Shown here in pieces: positions 25,347 through 34,532 of a stretch of 64,000 nt of DNA. The DNA lies in sequence record PV764601.1, one strand, 5' to 3'. The position numbers and the translations under genes are program-made. The stretch's first letter is position 1. Each line of letters opens with the position of its first letter. The notes beneath the pieces are model-generated. The model was given only the letters and a program-made list of their open reading frames with translations, made no database searches and was not told where the DNA came from.

Positions 25347-26327
25347 ATGAGCAACGCAATCACCGGCTTCAATCACACCTTCATCAAGTCCGACCTGTGC
25401 GAGGCTTTCCACCTGCCGTTGAAGGGCGTCCGACAGACCACCAACCACAAGGAGGGTACGGTCACGCTGACCTTCCCGAACACCACGGTGACTGATCCCA
25501 AGGCGGTCCGCAAAACGGTGCTGAGTGTCATGCGTCGTCGCAAGGAGAAGGTCAAGAAGGTGTCGGTGTACGTGGCCGAATCCACCGTCGGGTTCAAGGT
25601 GGAGTTCACCCTGCACCCTGAGCAGATGCCGACCCAATCGGCCACGGTCGCCAAGACTCCCCTGACCCCTTCGGAGAAGTTCATCAAGGAGTGGAGGCGG
25701 ACCGGCAAGGAAATGCTCCATGACACCACGCCGGTGATTCGTCGTATCTCGGACGCCATCAATCTCCTCCGGTGCAACGGCTCCTTCGCGGTCATCCTCG
25801 ACTCGCGCCGCGAGGCTCGCATCGGAGGTGTCGTATGTCACCAAGTTGGCACGCTGGATGAATCGGCCCCTGACGTGGATTACGTCACTGCCTACATTGC
25901 GGCAGACGTGGTAGGCGACCTGCTTGAGGACACCGATCACTTTGAGGTGCGCAAGCCCGGCACCAAGCACTTCAATGCTGACTACCTTGTGCACCAGTCC
26001 AACACGGCCTTCAAGATGAACAATGTGAAGGTCAACAGGGGCTATCCGGTCGGTGTCAAGTTTGCGGACGTGCGGCCGGGCTGTGTGGTGGAGGTCAAGT
26101 GGACGGACAGCAGTGCCAACACACGAGCCCTTGTGGTCGAGGCTGTCCGGGGCGTCATGACGCAAGGCAGGATTGTCCGGTGGGACAACTTCGAGATCAT
26201 GTACGAAGTGCGGCGGAATCGCCAAGGTAATCCGGTGTTCGCCACCTCCCTCATCCAGCAGGACCAGTTGGTCCGGGTAATCCGCAACGCCAACCTCACG
26301 GATCTCTTCGAGAGCTTGGACGACTGA
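25347..26327 (+). CDS. hypothetical protein
   Basis: AAGGA SD; first gene after module 3. Confidence 0.75.
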   Translation: MSNAITGFNHTFIKSDLCEAFHLPLKGVRQTTNHKEGTVTLTFPNTTVTDPKAVRKTVLSVMRRRKEKVKKVSVYVAESTVGFKVEFTLHPEQMPTQSATVAKTPLTPSEKFIKEWRRTGKEMLHDTTPVIRRISDAINLLRCNGSFAVILDSRREARIGGVVCHQVGTLDESAPDVDYVTAYIAADVVGDLLEDTDHFEVRKPGTKHFNADYLVHQSNTAFKMNNVKVNRGYPVGVKFADVRPGCVVEVKWTDSSANTRALVVEAVRGVMTQGRIVRWDNFEIMYEVRRNRQGNPVFATSLIQQDQLVRVIRNANLTDLFESLDD

Positions 26328-26343
26328 CCCCACTTGGGGCAAC

Positions 26344-26367
26344 TTGAGGTGGCTCCGGCCACCTCAA
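26344..26367 (+). terminator. 10-bp hairpin (probable terminator)
   Basis: TTGAGGTGGC-TCCG-GCCACCTCAA; weak U-tract. Confidence 0.5.
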
Positions 26368-26370
26368 TAC

Positions 26371-26378
26371 TGTAAATA
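26371..26378 (+). promoter_or_regulatory. TGTAAATA phage promoter motif
   Basis: Upstream of the ACP gene. Confidence 0.65.
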
Positions 26379-26403
26379 CTGACACATCCACAGGACGGTA
26401 CTG

Positions 26404-26673
26404 ATGAGCATCGAACAAAGTCCCCTTTACCCCACCCTGCATAAGCGGGTGACCGACGCGGTAGTGGAGTTCCTCGGCGTCAAGCCGGAAGAGGTTCTCC
26501 CCACCGCCAGCCTTGTCTCTGACCTCGGGGCAGATTCGCTCGACTTGATCGAACTGCTGATGGAACTGGAGGAAACCTTCCAGATCGAAGTGCCGGACGA
26601 GGACGCTGAGAAGTGGGTGACCATCGGCGACGTTGAAGCGTACCTGTTCCAGCGAAAGTACGCTGGCGAGTAA
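26404..26673 (+). CDS. acpP: Acyl carrier protein
   Basis: [31 protein letters not shown], with the canonical DSL phosphopantetheinyl Ser. Confidence 0.9.
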   Translation: MSIEQSPLYPTLHKRVTDAVVEFLGVKPEEVLPTASLVSDLGADSLDLIELLMELEETFQIEVPDEDAEKWVTIGDVEAYLFQRKYAGE

Positions 26674-26676
26674 TCC

Positions 26677-26684
26677 TGTAAATA
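26677..26684 (+). promoter_or_regulatory. TGTAAATA phage promoter motif
   Basis: Immediately after the ACP stop. Confidence 0.65.
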
Positions 26685-26816
26685 AGGGATATGCAGCGGC
26701 GAGCTAGGCCGGACGGCGCTGCACACTTTAGCGAATTCGGGCATGGACGAGTTCGCCGAACGGCCAACCATGTACGTACTACCCAACCATTCATCCTTAT
26801 AAGGAAACTGTTTCAC

Positions 26817-28223
26817 ATGGCTACCACCAAGAAGACCACCAAGACCGCCGCCACCAAGACCAAGGCTGCTGCCAAGGGCAAATCGGAAAAGACCACCGTG
26901 AAGAAGACCGCTGCGAAGAAGGCTCCGGCCACCAAGGCCACCAAGGCTGCGCCGAAGGCTGCCGCCAAGAAGCCGGCCGTGAAGAAGACTGCTGCGAAGA
27001 CCACCAAGGCTGCTCCGGCCAAGAAGGCTGCCGCCAAGACCACCAAGGCTGCGCCGAAGGCTGCTGCGAAGAAGCCGGTCGCCAAGAAGACCGCAGCCAA
27101 GGCTGCTCCGAAGAAGGACGCCAAGGCCACCACCAAGAAGACGGCCAAGGTCGTGAGCAAGAAGTCGAGCGCCAAGGCTCCAGCCAAGGGTAAGGGCGGC
27201 AAGGGTAAGCCGGCTGCGAAGGGTAAGGGCAAGTCCGCTCCGGCCAAGGCCGCTGCCAAGAAGGACACCAAGGCCGCTGCTGGCCGCGCCGTCTTCAATG
27301 GCCTGCAAATCGCGGACATCCAGAAGGAAGCCAAGAAGCTGACCGACAAGCAGGCCAAGGCCATCGCTGTCGCTCATAACAAGTGGGCCTCGGAAATCTA
27401 CGAGGACGGCGACATTGACGTGAAGAAGCACAGCAACGGTGCTGCCATCGCCAAGCTGCTGCCGACGCTGGATCCGATCAACAGCAAGGATGGCCTCAAG
27501 GGCTTCCTGACCTATCTGGCCGACGAGGGCATCTACACCTTTGGCGGTGACGCCGAGGAAGAGAAGCCGGCCAAGGGTGGCAAGAAGGCCGCTGCCAAGA
27601 AGCCGGCCAAGGGTGGCAAGAAGTCGGTGAAGGGTGACGACGAAGACGAAGAGTACGAAGACGAGGAAGAGGAAGAGGAAGACGACGAGGAAGAGGAAGA
27701 GGAAGACGACGAGGAAGAGGAAGAAGAAGAAGAAGAGGAAGAAGAGAAGCCGGCCAAGGGTGGCAAGAAGGCAGCCAAGGCTGCGCCGAAGGCCGCTGCC
27801 AAGGGTAAGGGCAAGAAGTCGGAACTGTCTCTGGAGTCGCTGCAAGCGCAGATCGACGAAATCAAGGAGCAGATCGCGGAGCTGATGAACGCCGAGGAAG
27901 AGGACGAGGAAGACGAGGAGGAAGAGAAGCCGGCCAAGGGTGGCAAGAAGGCTGCTGGCAAGAAGTCCAAGAAGGATGAGGAAGAGGAAGAAGACGAAGA
28001 AGAAGAGGAAGAGGAAGAAGACGAGGAAGAGGAAGAAGACGAAGAAGAGGAAGAGGAAGAAGAAGAGGAAGAAGAGGAAGAAGAGGAAGAAGACGAAGAA
28101 GAGGAAGAAGACGAAGAAGAGGAAGAGGAAGAGGAAGAAGACGAGGAAGAAGACGAGGAAGAAGACGAGGAAGAAGACGAGGAAGAGGAAGACGAAGAAG
28201 ATGAAGAGGACGACGAAGAGTAA
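26817..28223 (+). CDS. Histone-H1-like Lys/Ala-rich protein with long Glu/Asp tracts
   Basis: N-terminal AAKK/KAAP repeats, recurring EEKPAKGGKK units, about 80-aa pure E/D C-terminus; AAGGA SD. Confidence 0.8.
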   Translation: MATTKKTTKTAATKTKAAAKGKSEKTTVKKTAAKKAPATKATKAAPKAAAKKPAVKKTAAKTTKAAPAKKAAAKTTKAAPKAAAKKPVAKKTAAKAAPKKDAKATTKKTAKVVSKKSSAKAPAKGKGGKGKPAAKGKGKSAPAKAAAKKDTKAAAGRAVFNGLQIADIQKEAKKLTDKQAKAIAVAHNKWASEIYEDGDIDVKKHSNGAAIAKLLPTLDPINSKDGLKGFLTYLADEGIYTFGGDAEEEKPAKGGKKAAAKKPAKGGKKSVKGDDEDEEYEDEEEEEEDDEEEEEEDDEEEEEEEEEEEEKPAKGGKKAAKAAPKAAAKGKGKKSELSLESLQAQIDEIKEQIAELMNAEEEDEEDEEEEKPAKGGKKAAGKKSKKDEEEEEDEEEEEEEEDEEEEEDEEEEEEEEEEEEEEEEEDEEEEEDEEEEEEEEEDEEEDEEEDEEEDEEEEDEEDEEDDEE

Positions 28224-28248
28224 TCTTCTGGACTCTAAGGGCAAGACG

Positions 28249-28770
28249 ATGCGCAAGCGCATTGAGTTCCGTCCCTACCGGCGCACTGGCTACAAGGTCA
28301 GTGCGTGCGGTAAAGTCCTCGGGCTACGCGGCAGGGTGCTTCGCCCTGCCGCTACAGGCTCGGGTCATTTAGGGGTTGACTTGCAGCTGGTGTCTGGACC
28401 GAAAACGGTAAAGGTACACTCTATGGTGGCAGAGGTGTGGATTGGCAAGCGTCCTAAAGGGCAGGTAGTCAACCACAAAGACGGAATCAAGGCTCACAAT
28501 CACGTGAGCAACCTTGAGTACGTCACGCCCTCGGCCAACGTAGTGCACGCGTTTGACAATGATCTACGTGCTATAGGTGAAGACCGGAGCGATGTGGTCA
28601 TGACTAACAAACTTGCGTACAAGATTGCAAAGCGACTTCAAGCTGGCCATAGGAATTGTGAAATAGCCCAGGAGTTTAACGTGAGTAGGTTCAACGTTAC
28701 TGATATTAAACTTGGTCGGACGTTTCGCAGGGTTCTCGAATCCAAAGGCGTCAAGTATCCTATTGCTTAA
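28249..28770 (+). CDS. HNH homing endonuclease (NUMOD4/HNH_3 type)
   Basis: YKVS..GKV, VHSMVAEVWIG, VNHKDGIKAHNHVSNLEYVT. Confidence 0.88.
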   Translation: MRKRIEFRPYRRTGYKVSACGKVLGLRGRVLRPAATGSGHLGVDLQLVSGPKTVKVHSMVAEVWIGKRPKGQVVNHKDGIKAHNHVSNLEYVTPSANVVHAFDNDLRAIGEDRSDVVMTNKLAYKIAKRLQAGHRNCEIAQEFNVSRFNVTDIKLGRTFRRVLESKGVKYPIA

Positions 28771-28777
28771 CGAGACA

Positions 28778-28812
28778 GGTGGGAGGGACTTCGGTCCCTC
28801 CTGCCTTTTCGT
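28778..28812 (+). terminator. Rho-independent terminator
   Basis: GGTGGGAGGGAC-TTCG-GTCCCTCCTGCC-TTTT. Confidence 0.8.
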
Positions 28813-28859
28813 GTTTCTCAAGGCCCGAAAAGGATGCGCACAAATGGAGAACTGTTTAC

Positions 28860-29168
28860 ATGTCGGAAGAGCTAGTCTCGGTATTGGAGTTTGAGCGTCA
28901 AGTGCTCCGTGCCGAGGGCATCAAGATCATCGTGCGCGCACCTGCCAAAACGCAGGTGAAGCGATACGAGGCGCTGCCCAACGCCTCCCGAAATTCGCTG
29001 TGGGTCGAACGCTTTGTGCGTGGCCACCTGCGTCCCCAACTCAACGGGCTAACCGTTGAAGTGATTGCACCAAGCGGCAAAACCATCTTTGGTAAAGTGC
29101 CGCTGTCGGAAGTCCGCGTCAAGAACGAATCGTCTTCGGCCCGCTCTAACAAAGGTAATGCACAATGA
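28860..29168 (+). CDS. hypothetical protein
   Basis: GGAG SD; coupled to the next gene. Confidence 0.65.
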   Translation: MSEELVSVLEFERQVLRAEGIKIIVRAPAKTQVKRYEALPNASRNSLWVERFVRGHLRPQLNGLTVEVIAPSGKTIFGKVPLSEVRVKNESSSARSNKGNAQ

Positions 29169-30022
29169 GCACCTTGCAAGAAATCGCTACCACCCTAAGC
29201 GCTCTGCGCCACGCCGTACCTGCGCCGAAGGCCGGCGACCTGATTAGCGCAGGCAGCTTGCACCATCAAGCGCTGGCATCTATGGTCCCGAGCCTGCGCG
29301 CGGTCGAAAGTCAATTCTCCAAGGCTGCACCGTCGGCGATGCCGAACGCTTCGGGTAAGACCAGCGTGGTCACCAGCATCAACATCGCCACCTCGCTGAT
29401 GGATGGCATGGAATCGGGTGACGTGGAACTGTCGGACGTGCAGGAAGGCGTGACGATGCTGACCGCCTCGCTGGACGAAGCCATCGCCACCGTGAATCGC
29501 TTCGCGCTCAAGAAGGAGCAGGCTTCGATGCGTGCCCATGATCCAGACGGCACCCAAGTCAACGAGCGCCTGTTCGGCAAGACCAGCAAGTACGCTTCCA
29601 CTCTACCCAAGGACGCCAAGGCCAAGGACGATCCCTTCATCATCCGTCACCTTCCGATCGTTCCTCAGTTTGAAGGTGTGGTCACCACCGAGCAGCTTGC
29701 CAAGGCAGGCTTCCGCATCGAAGGTCAGTCGGGCTTCTACACCGTGCTGGGCAACCAGCTGGTGATCGGTATCAACCTCAAGCATGAAGACCTGCCTGCC
29801 AACCTGACCCACTACGCCAAGCAGATCGCTGCCATTGTCGGGCAGAAGAGCAACGAGCGTTACTCGATCATGGGCGACGAGTTGGTGCTGGGTGCAGGCC
29901 GTCGCGTCGCTTCGAGCAAGGGTTACGTGTATTTCTGGGCTGTACCGCACGCGCTGTTGAATCGCATGAACCGACTGATCGGCGAAGCTGTCCTCAACGA
30001 CTGGGGCTTCCCTTTCCGCTAA
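29165..30022 (+). CDS. hypothetical protein
   Basis: 285-aa ORF with strong phage codon usage. Confidence 0.75.
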   Translation: MSTLQEIATTLSALRHAVPAPKAGDLISAGSLHHQALASMVPSLRAVESQFSKAAPSAMPNASGKTSVVTSINIATSLMDGMESGDVELSDVQEGVTMLTASLDEAIATVNRFALKKEQASMRAHDPDGTQVNERLFGKTSKYASTLPKDAKAKDDPFIIRHLPIVPQFEGVVTTEQLAKAGFRIEGQSGFYTVLGNQLVIGINLKHEDLPANLTHYAKQIAAIVGQKSNERYSIMGDELVLGAGRRVASSKGYVYFWAVPHALLNRMNRLIGEAVLNDWGFPFR

Positions 30023-30023
30023 C

Positions 30024-30503
30024 ATGAGTAAACAGCTTGTACTGACGCCGGGCTATATCAATGATGGGCCATGCTTTGTGTGTGGCACTCAGTCCAGCTT
30101 GGAACTGCATCACATCATTCCATGCGCTTATGGTGGCGTGGATGGTCCGCAAGTTTCGCTGTGCGCTATTGACCATAGCCTTGTGCACACTCTGAGTTAC
30201 CAGCTAGGCAAGGGAAGAGTAGTCCCTACGATGCTGGCCGAGGATGATCGCATTCGCGCTCTACCTGTAGCCAAAGCAAAGAGGGCTATCTCTGTTGCGC
30301 TTTACCTTGCCGGGCGCATTAAAGCCGCGCGCGAGTTGACTGAGAATGATCCTAACAAGAAGGTCAAGTTCCACACGAACTTTACCAAGGATACCAGCGA
30401 CAAGCTAAAGGATTTGCGCGACTATTGGGGATACCGGAATCAGGAACAAGCATTGGTCCACGCGATACATGAGTTGCACGCCCGTTATTTATCACGACTT
30501 TAG
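30024..30503 (+). CDS. HNH endonuclease
   Basis: CFVCG..LELHHIIP..YGG....VSLCAIDHSLVH. Confidence 0.8.
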   Translation: MSKQLVLTPGYINDGPCFVCGTQSSLELHHIIPCAYGGVDGPQVSLCAIDHSLVHTLSYQLGKGRVVPTMLAEDDRIRALPVAKAKRAISVALYLAGRIKAARELTENDPNKKVKFHTNFTKDTSDKLKDLRDYWGYRNQEQALVHAIHELHARYLSRL

Positions 30504-30514
30504 GAGTACCTTCG

Positions 30515-31414
30515 ATGCCGACCAATTCTAAGGCAGTCACGCCAGTCCATTCCAACAAGCTCGCCATTGGCCTCAAGTGCAGTGAGTGCTTGCATTTCAA
30601 AGGACCGGCTAGTCCGCACTATGCTGACAAGTGCAGCAAGACGGGCGTTCTGCCTTTTGCGAAGGCTTGCAAGTTCTACACCCCTGACTTGACGCGCATC
30701 AAGCAGGCGGATGGCAGTACCGAGTTGTTTGCTGCACTGGCGAATGCTGCAAAAGGGATGGAGGGTGCAAGTCTGCGCATCCTCGCTTACTCCCTGCTGC
30801 GACAGGAGCCGCTAAAGAAAGTCGGCCTGCGTTTGGGGCAACCGCTGTATGTCTATCTTCCTCCGACGCTCGGCATGCCGCGTGAGATTCGGACGCAGAT
30901 GGAAAAGTATGACCTGCATTACATCGACCAATACTACAAGGGGTACGTGATCGGTGCTGTGAATCATGGCGACAGCATCGAAGTGTATATCAGTCCAAGT
31001 GAACCGGGCAAGGCTGATCCCTACACCATTTCCCTGACTGCTAAGGAGGGCGGTAGGCTGCCGGAGTACGTAGTCGGCGGCAAGAACTTCCGCAAGCGTC
31101 GGACGCGCTTGGAAGCGGAAGGCAAGACCAAGATGCCGAAGGAGACTCGCAAGGCGATTGCTGCTCTGCTGGAACGCCCGTGGAGAGCACGCCCCCTTAT
31201 CGATGATGACGTGCCCACCATCGATACGGTTCCGAAGGAATGGTTTGAACGCGGCATCGAGGATGAAGGCATTATCTTCCATTCTCGCAAGAAGAAAAAG
31301 AAGAAGGGGTCGGAAATGTCTGTACGCGAAACAAAGGAATTGCTGGAACGCAAGGCGAAGAAATCGAACATCAAGAAGGGGGCAGGTGGGCGACTCATCC
31401 TGAACGAAGTCTAA
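30515..31414 (+). CDS. hypothetical protein with Cys-rich N-terminus
   Basis: CSECLHF..C..C; AGGAG SD. Confidence 0.7.
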   Translation: MPTNSKAVTPVHSNKLAIGLKCSECLHFKGPASPHYADKCSKTGVLPFAKACKFYTPDLTRIKQADGSTELFAALANAAKGMEGASLRILAYSLLRQEPLKKVGLRLGQPLYVYLPPTLGMPREIRTQMEKYDLHYIDQYYKGYVIGAVNHGDSIEVYISPSEPGKADPYTISLTAKEGGRLPEYVVGGKNFRKRRTRLEAEGKTKMPKETRKAIAALLERPWRARPLIDDDVPTIDTVPKEWFERGIEDEGIIFHSRKKKKKKGSEMSVRETKELLERKAKKSNIKKGAGGRLILNEV

Positions 31415-31429
31415 GGAGGGGACTTCGGG

Positions 31430-32476
31430 ATGATTATCACTGAACTATTGAGTACGCATTTTCCGGAGACTTACTTGTCCCTCAACAAGAGGGACAAGTG
31501 TGCAGCGGTCGAGACGACGCTGCTCTATGCGTTCAACGGAATGAACGTGAGTGAGTTCACCAAGATAATGCGACCGCTTGCTGGGGAACGCATCATTGAC
31601 TATCGCATGGCGTTGCAGAGTACCGGACGCATGTACCAAGCCAAGACGTTCCTCTTCCGAGCCTACGCCAAGGGCAACCTTGATCGTGTTTTCGCTGAAA
31701 GCGATTTGCGTGTGCGTGACGTAAAACTGAAACGATGGGTCCGCCGCCGAGACTCATTATCCGAAGTGTTCGAGGGCTTCCTTGACCAAGGCTACTTGCC
31801 GGTGTCGTGGGGTAAGCTTCAACGAGCCATTGTGTCAAACCTGCCGCATGCCAAGAAGTATGCAGCGTACAAGGTCGGTAAGGACTTGGCGTTCGTGGTA
31901 TCGGCAGGACAAAGCCAGCGTGATGAGTTGATTGATGAGCTAGTCCTTTCCGCGATTCAGGGAGTCTACAAGACCTACCCTCGGATCGAAAACGCCAAGC
32001 ACATGCTCAACATCATGAAGCGGACCATCACCAACGCGTGTACGAACCTGCAATACCATCACACCACGGCTAGCCGGAAGGCGATGCACGAAGAACGCGA
32101 CACCGATGGGCAGATCGTATATCGCAACGTGATTCAGAAAATCGACTTGGTGAAGACCGAGCACCCCAACATGATCGTGCGCGATACTCCAGAGACGGGG
32201 TTCGCCCTGTCGCAACTGCGAGAGCGATATGCGGGTAAGCGCTTGTACTACATCGACTTGATTACTGGCAAGTTCGATGCCGACTTCTCGAACTGGCTTG
32301 CACAGCGAGGGTACAACCATACCAACGACGTGCTGCTGGACGAGTTGCTTGCCTCGGGCAACGTCACTGAATACTGCAACCTTGCTGGCTTGTTCTTGAA
32401 GCTGCCCGAAGGAGGCAGTGGGTTCAACGAACGTCTCAGACAAGACATGGGAGGGAAGACCCTTGCAGCAAATTGA
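31430..32476 (+). CDS. Putative divergent sigma70-family factor
   Basis: AIVSNLPHAKKYAAYK..RDELIDELVLSAIQGVYKTYP..MKRTITNACTN aligns by eye with sigma region 2.1-2.4. Confidence 0.45.
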   Translation: MIITELLSTHFPETYLSLNKRDKCAAVETTLLYAFNGMNVSEFTKIMRPLAGERIIDYRMALQSTGRMYQAKTFLFRAYAKGNLDRVFAESDLRVRDVKLKRWVRRRDSLSEVFEGFLDQGYLPVSWGKLQRAIVSNLPHAKKYAAYKVGKDLAFVVSAGQSQRDELIDELVLSAIQGVYKTYPRIENAKHMLNIMKRTITNACTNLQYHHTTASRKAMHEERDTDGQIVYRNVIQKIDLVKTEHPNMIVRDTPETGFALSQLRERYAGKRLYYIDLITGKFDADFSNWLAQRGYNHTNDVLLDELLASGNVTEYCNLAGLFLKLPEGGSGFNERLRQDMGGKTLAAN

Positions 32477-33023
32477 CGCACTCCAGCAAACCATCTTTGG
32501 TGTACGCATCGTCATCAACGACACGCGCATGCCCAAGAAAGCTGTGCGTCCCCGCAAGTGGCACGAGGGGCGTTGTTACGCCCCTCGGGTCAACAAGAAG
32601 TGGCTCAAGAAACATGGCACCACGCCGCTGATTGGGGATGGGCAGTTCTATCGCATGCACGGCGATAGCGTCATCATGGTCAACTCGCAGACGTGGAAGG
32701 ATTTGAAGGAGCGGCTACCCGAGGGTAGGAGCGAACCTCCTGCTGAGGCTGCGCTTCGGGTGCAGGCTGCGGTGGAATCTGTTGCAAGGTTCGCACCTGT
32801 AGTACCTCAGTTCTCTCCGGTTGGTCCTAGCGCAGAGCGTCTACTGCGTGCAAAGACGCCGGAGTCTGTCGTGGAGAATATTCTGCGCGTGCGCGCTGAG
32901 ATACTCGGCCACGAAGCGAAGTACGGCAAGCAACGGCATCACAGCCCCTTCATGCTAACCCAAGCTGCTCCGATGCAAGTACCCACCAAGTACAACGGGA
33001 TCATCAACATTCAAGGAGCCTAA
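32463..33023 (+). CDS. hypothetical protein
   Basis: Probable TTG start after GGAGGG. Confidence 0.6.
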   Translation: MQQIDALQQTIFGVRIVINDTRMPKKAVRPRKWHEGRCYAPRVNKKWLKKHGTTPLIGDGQFYRMHGDSVIMVNSQTWKDLKERLPEGRSEPPAEAALRVQAAVESVARFAPVVPQFSPVGPSAERLLRAKTPESVVENILRVRAEILGHEAKYGKQRHHSPFMLTQAAPMQVPTKYNGIINIQGA

Positions 33024-33024
33024 T

Positions 33025-33708
33025 ATGGCTAAGGAAATCGCACACCGGGAATACCATCTACCTGCATCACGTCTGCACTGCGTAGAGAATGAGGCGTGGT
33101 TCAAGCGTCTCGTTCCGAAACCCAAAACCTACACGCGTACGATTCCTCGTGCACGACGGGGTTCCGGCAGTGTCCTAATGTGGTGCGTGGAAGGTCCGAT
33201 CCTTGCCAAGGTGTTCGCTGCACTCAACAAGAAGATCGCGGAACTCGATACGGCCATCGCTGCTTCCAAGACAGCCGCTGGCCTTGGTGGCATAGCGCTA
33301 CCGCACTTGCAGAACAAGTGGCGCAAGTTGCACAGCCTGCGCACAGCCATCGTCAAGTCGGTGGACCTCGCAAGTCGTCCCGCGGTATTGGGTGTGCAGG
33401 GCCCGATGGTAAACAAGGCCAAGGCTCTCCCTGACTACGCCACGTACACGGTGTTCATCCACACCATTGATGGCGTCCCTGTGGTGTTCCTTGGTGATCG
33501 CTTCGGTACGCCGGACCAGTGCGCTGGCAGCAAGACCACCAAGTACGAAACCCCGACCAACCTCAACGTGCTCAAGGCCCAGCTGCGGACTGTCCTCAAG
33601 GCCATGCGTGAGCGCAACGACCCGGACTATCAACGTGTCCATCTGCGTTGGAGTTGGGTCAGCTTCAAGATCAAGGGAGCGCAGGTGTGCAAGGAGGATG
33701 CGAAATGA
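33025..33708 (+). CDS. hypothetical protein
   Basis: GGAG SD; 227 aa. Confidence 0.7.
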   Translation: MAKEIAHREYHLPASRLHCVENEAWFKRLVPKPKTYTRTIPRARRGSGSVLMWCVEGPILAKVFAALNKKIAELDTAIAASKTAAGLGGIALPHLQNKWRKLHSLRTAIVKSVDLASRPAVLGVQGPMVNKAKALPDYATYTVFIHTIDGVPVVFLGDRFGTPDQCAGSKTTKYETPTNLNVLKAQLRTVLKAMRERNDPDYQRVHLRWSWVSFKIKGAQVCKEDAK

Positions 33709-34532
33709 AGTTCCTGTACGAAACCGCTCCGGGTTCTGTAATGGAACTGCCATTGGACGTAGGGCAGGCCATGAAGGTTGTGCAGAAGATGCAGAATCGG
33801 GGCCACGCTCTAGGGCAAGTCACGCTGACCGATACCTCGCACAGTTTCAGCTTTGAGAATCGTGGCTTGAACTGGCCGGAGTTCCACGGCTGGATGGGCA
33901 ACGTTCTCGAAGAAGAGGGCCTTGGTGCCTTCGATGATGACGAACAGAATCTTCGGGAAGAGTGGATGCGTGAAGTGAACTATCGCATTCAAGTGGTGTC
34001 TCGGATGCGGCGGGTTCGCATGCCGCTGATAAACGTTGACGTGGATGGCGTCATGGCTGACTTTGATACGGGATTCCCTTTGATCTTTGGTGTCCACCAT
34101 GACACGATTACCGAAGACGAAAAGTGGGCGATGGTTCGTGGCCACGAGAACTTCTTCGGTGCCCTGCCCAAGATGCCCCACGCGCAGGACTTGCTGCACG
34201 CCCTGCGCCACACGCCATACCACTTCTTGACCGGCTGCCCCAAGTCGAACTACATCCCGACGGCTATCCAGAAGCGTGGTTGGTTGAATGCCTCGGTGAC
34301 CATGCGCCCTGACACGATGATTATTCCAGTGCCGGGTGGCAGTACCAAATGCGTCATGATGCACGCGCCGCTGGACTTGCTGATTGATGACCACACCAAG
34401 AATTGCGCGGCATGGGTGGAGGCGGGCGGTATCGCCATCAAGCACAACGACGTGACCGAAACTCTGACCAAGCTGCATCAGCACTTGGGCACTCTGATTG
34501 AAGGGGAGGAACAGCATGCGCGGATTCTCTAA
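33705..34532 (+). CDS. HAD-family 5'(3')-deoxyribonucleotidase with N-terminal extension
   Basis: VDVDGVMADF (motif I), FFGALP, FLTG, LLIDDHTKN..W..AGG. Confidence 0.85.
   Translation: MKFLYETAPGSVMELPLDVGQAMKVVQKMQNRGHALGQVTLTDTSHSFSFENRGLNWPEFHGWMGNVLEEEGLGAFDDDEQNLREEWMREVNYRIQVVSRMRRVRMPLINVDVDGVMADFDTGFPLIFGVHHDTITEDEKWAMVRGHENFFGALPKMPHAQDLLHALRHTPYHFLTGCPKSNYIPTAIQKRGWLNASVTMRPDTMIIPVPGGSTKCVMMHAPLDLLIDDHTKNCAAWVEAGGIAIKHNDVTETLTKLHQHLGTLIEGEEQHARIL

Noticed and set aside
27560-28220. GAAGAG/GACGAG tandem DNA repeats as a CRISPR array or satellite
   Set aside because: They are in-frame Glu/Asp codons of the H1-like protein, with no constant repeat and unique spacer pattern.
26427-28262. 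611-aa minus-strand ORF rich in Phe/Leu
   Set aside because: It is the antisense shadow of the low-complexity K/E-rich gene. Other long shadow ORFs were rejected for the same reason (39122-40546 +, 59923-61365 +, 25341-26342 -, 21194-22198 -).
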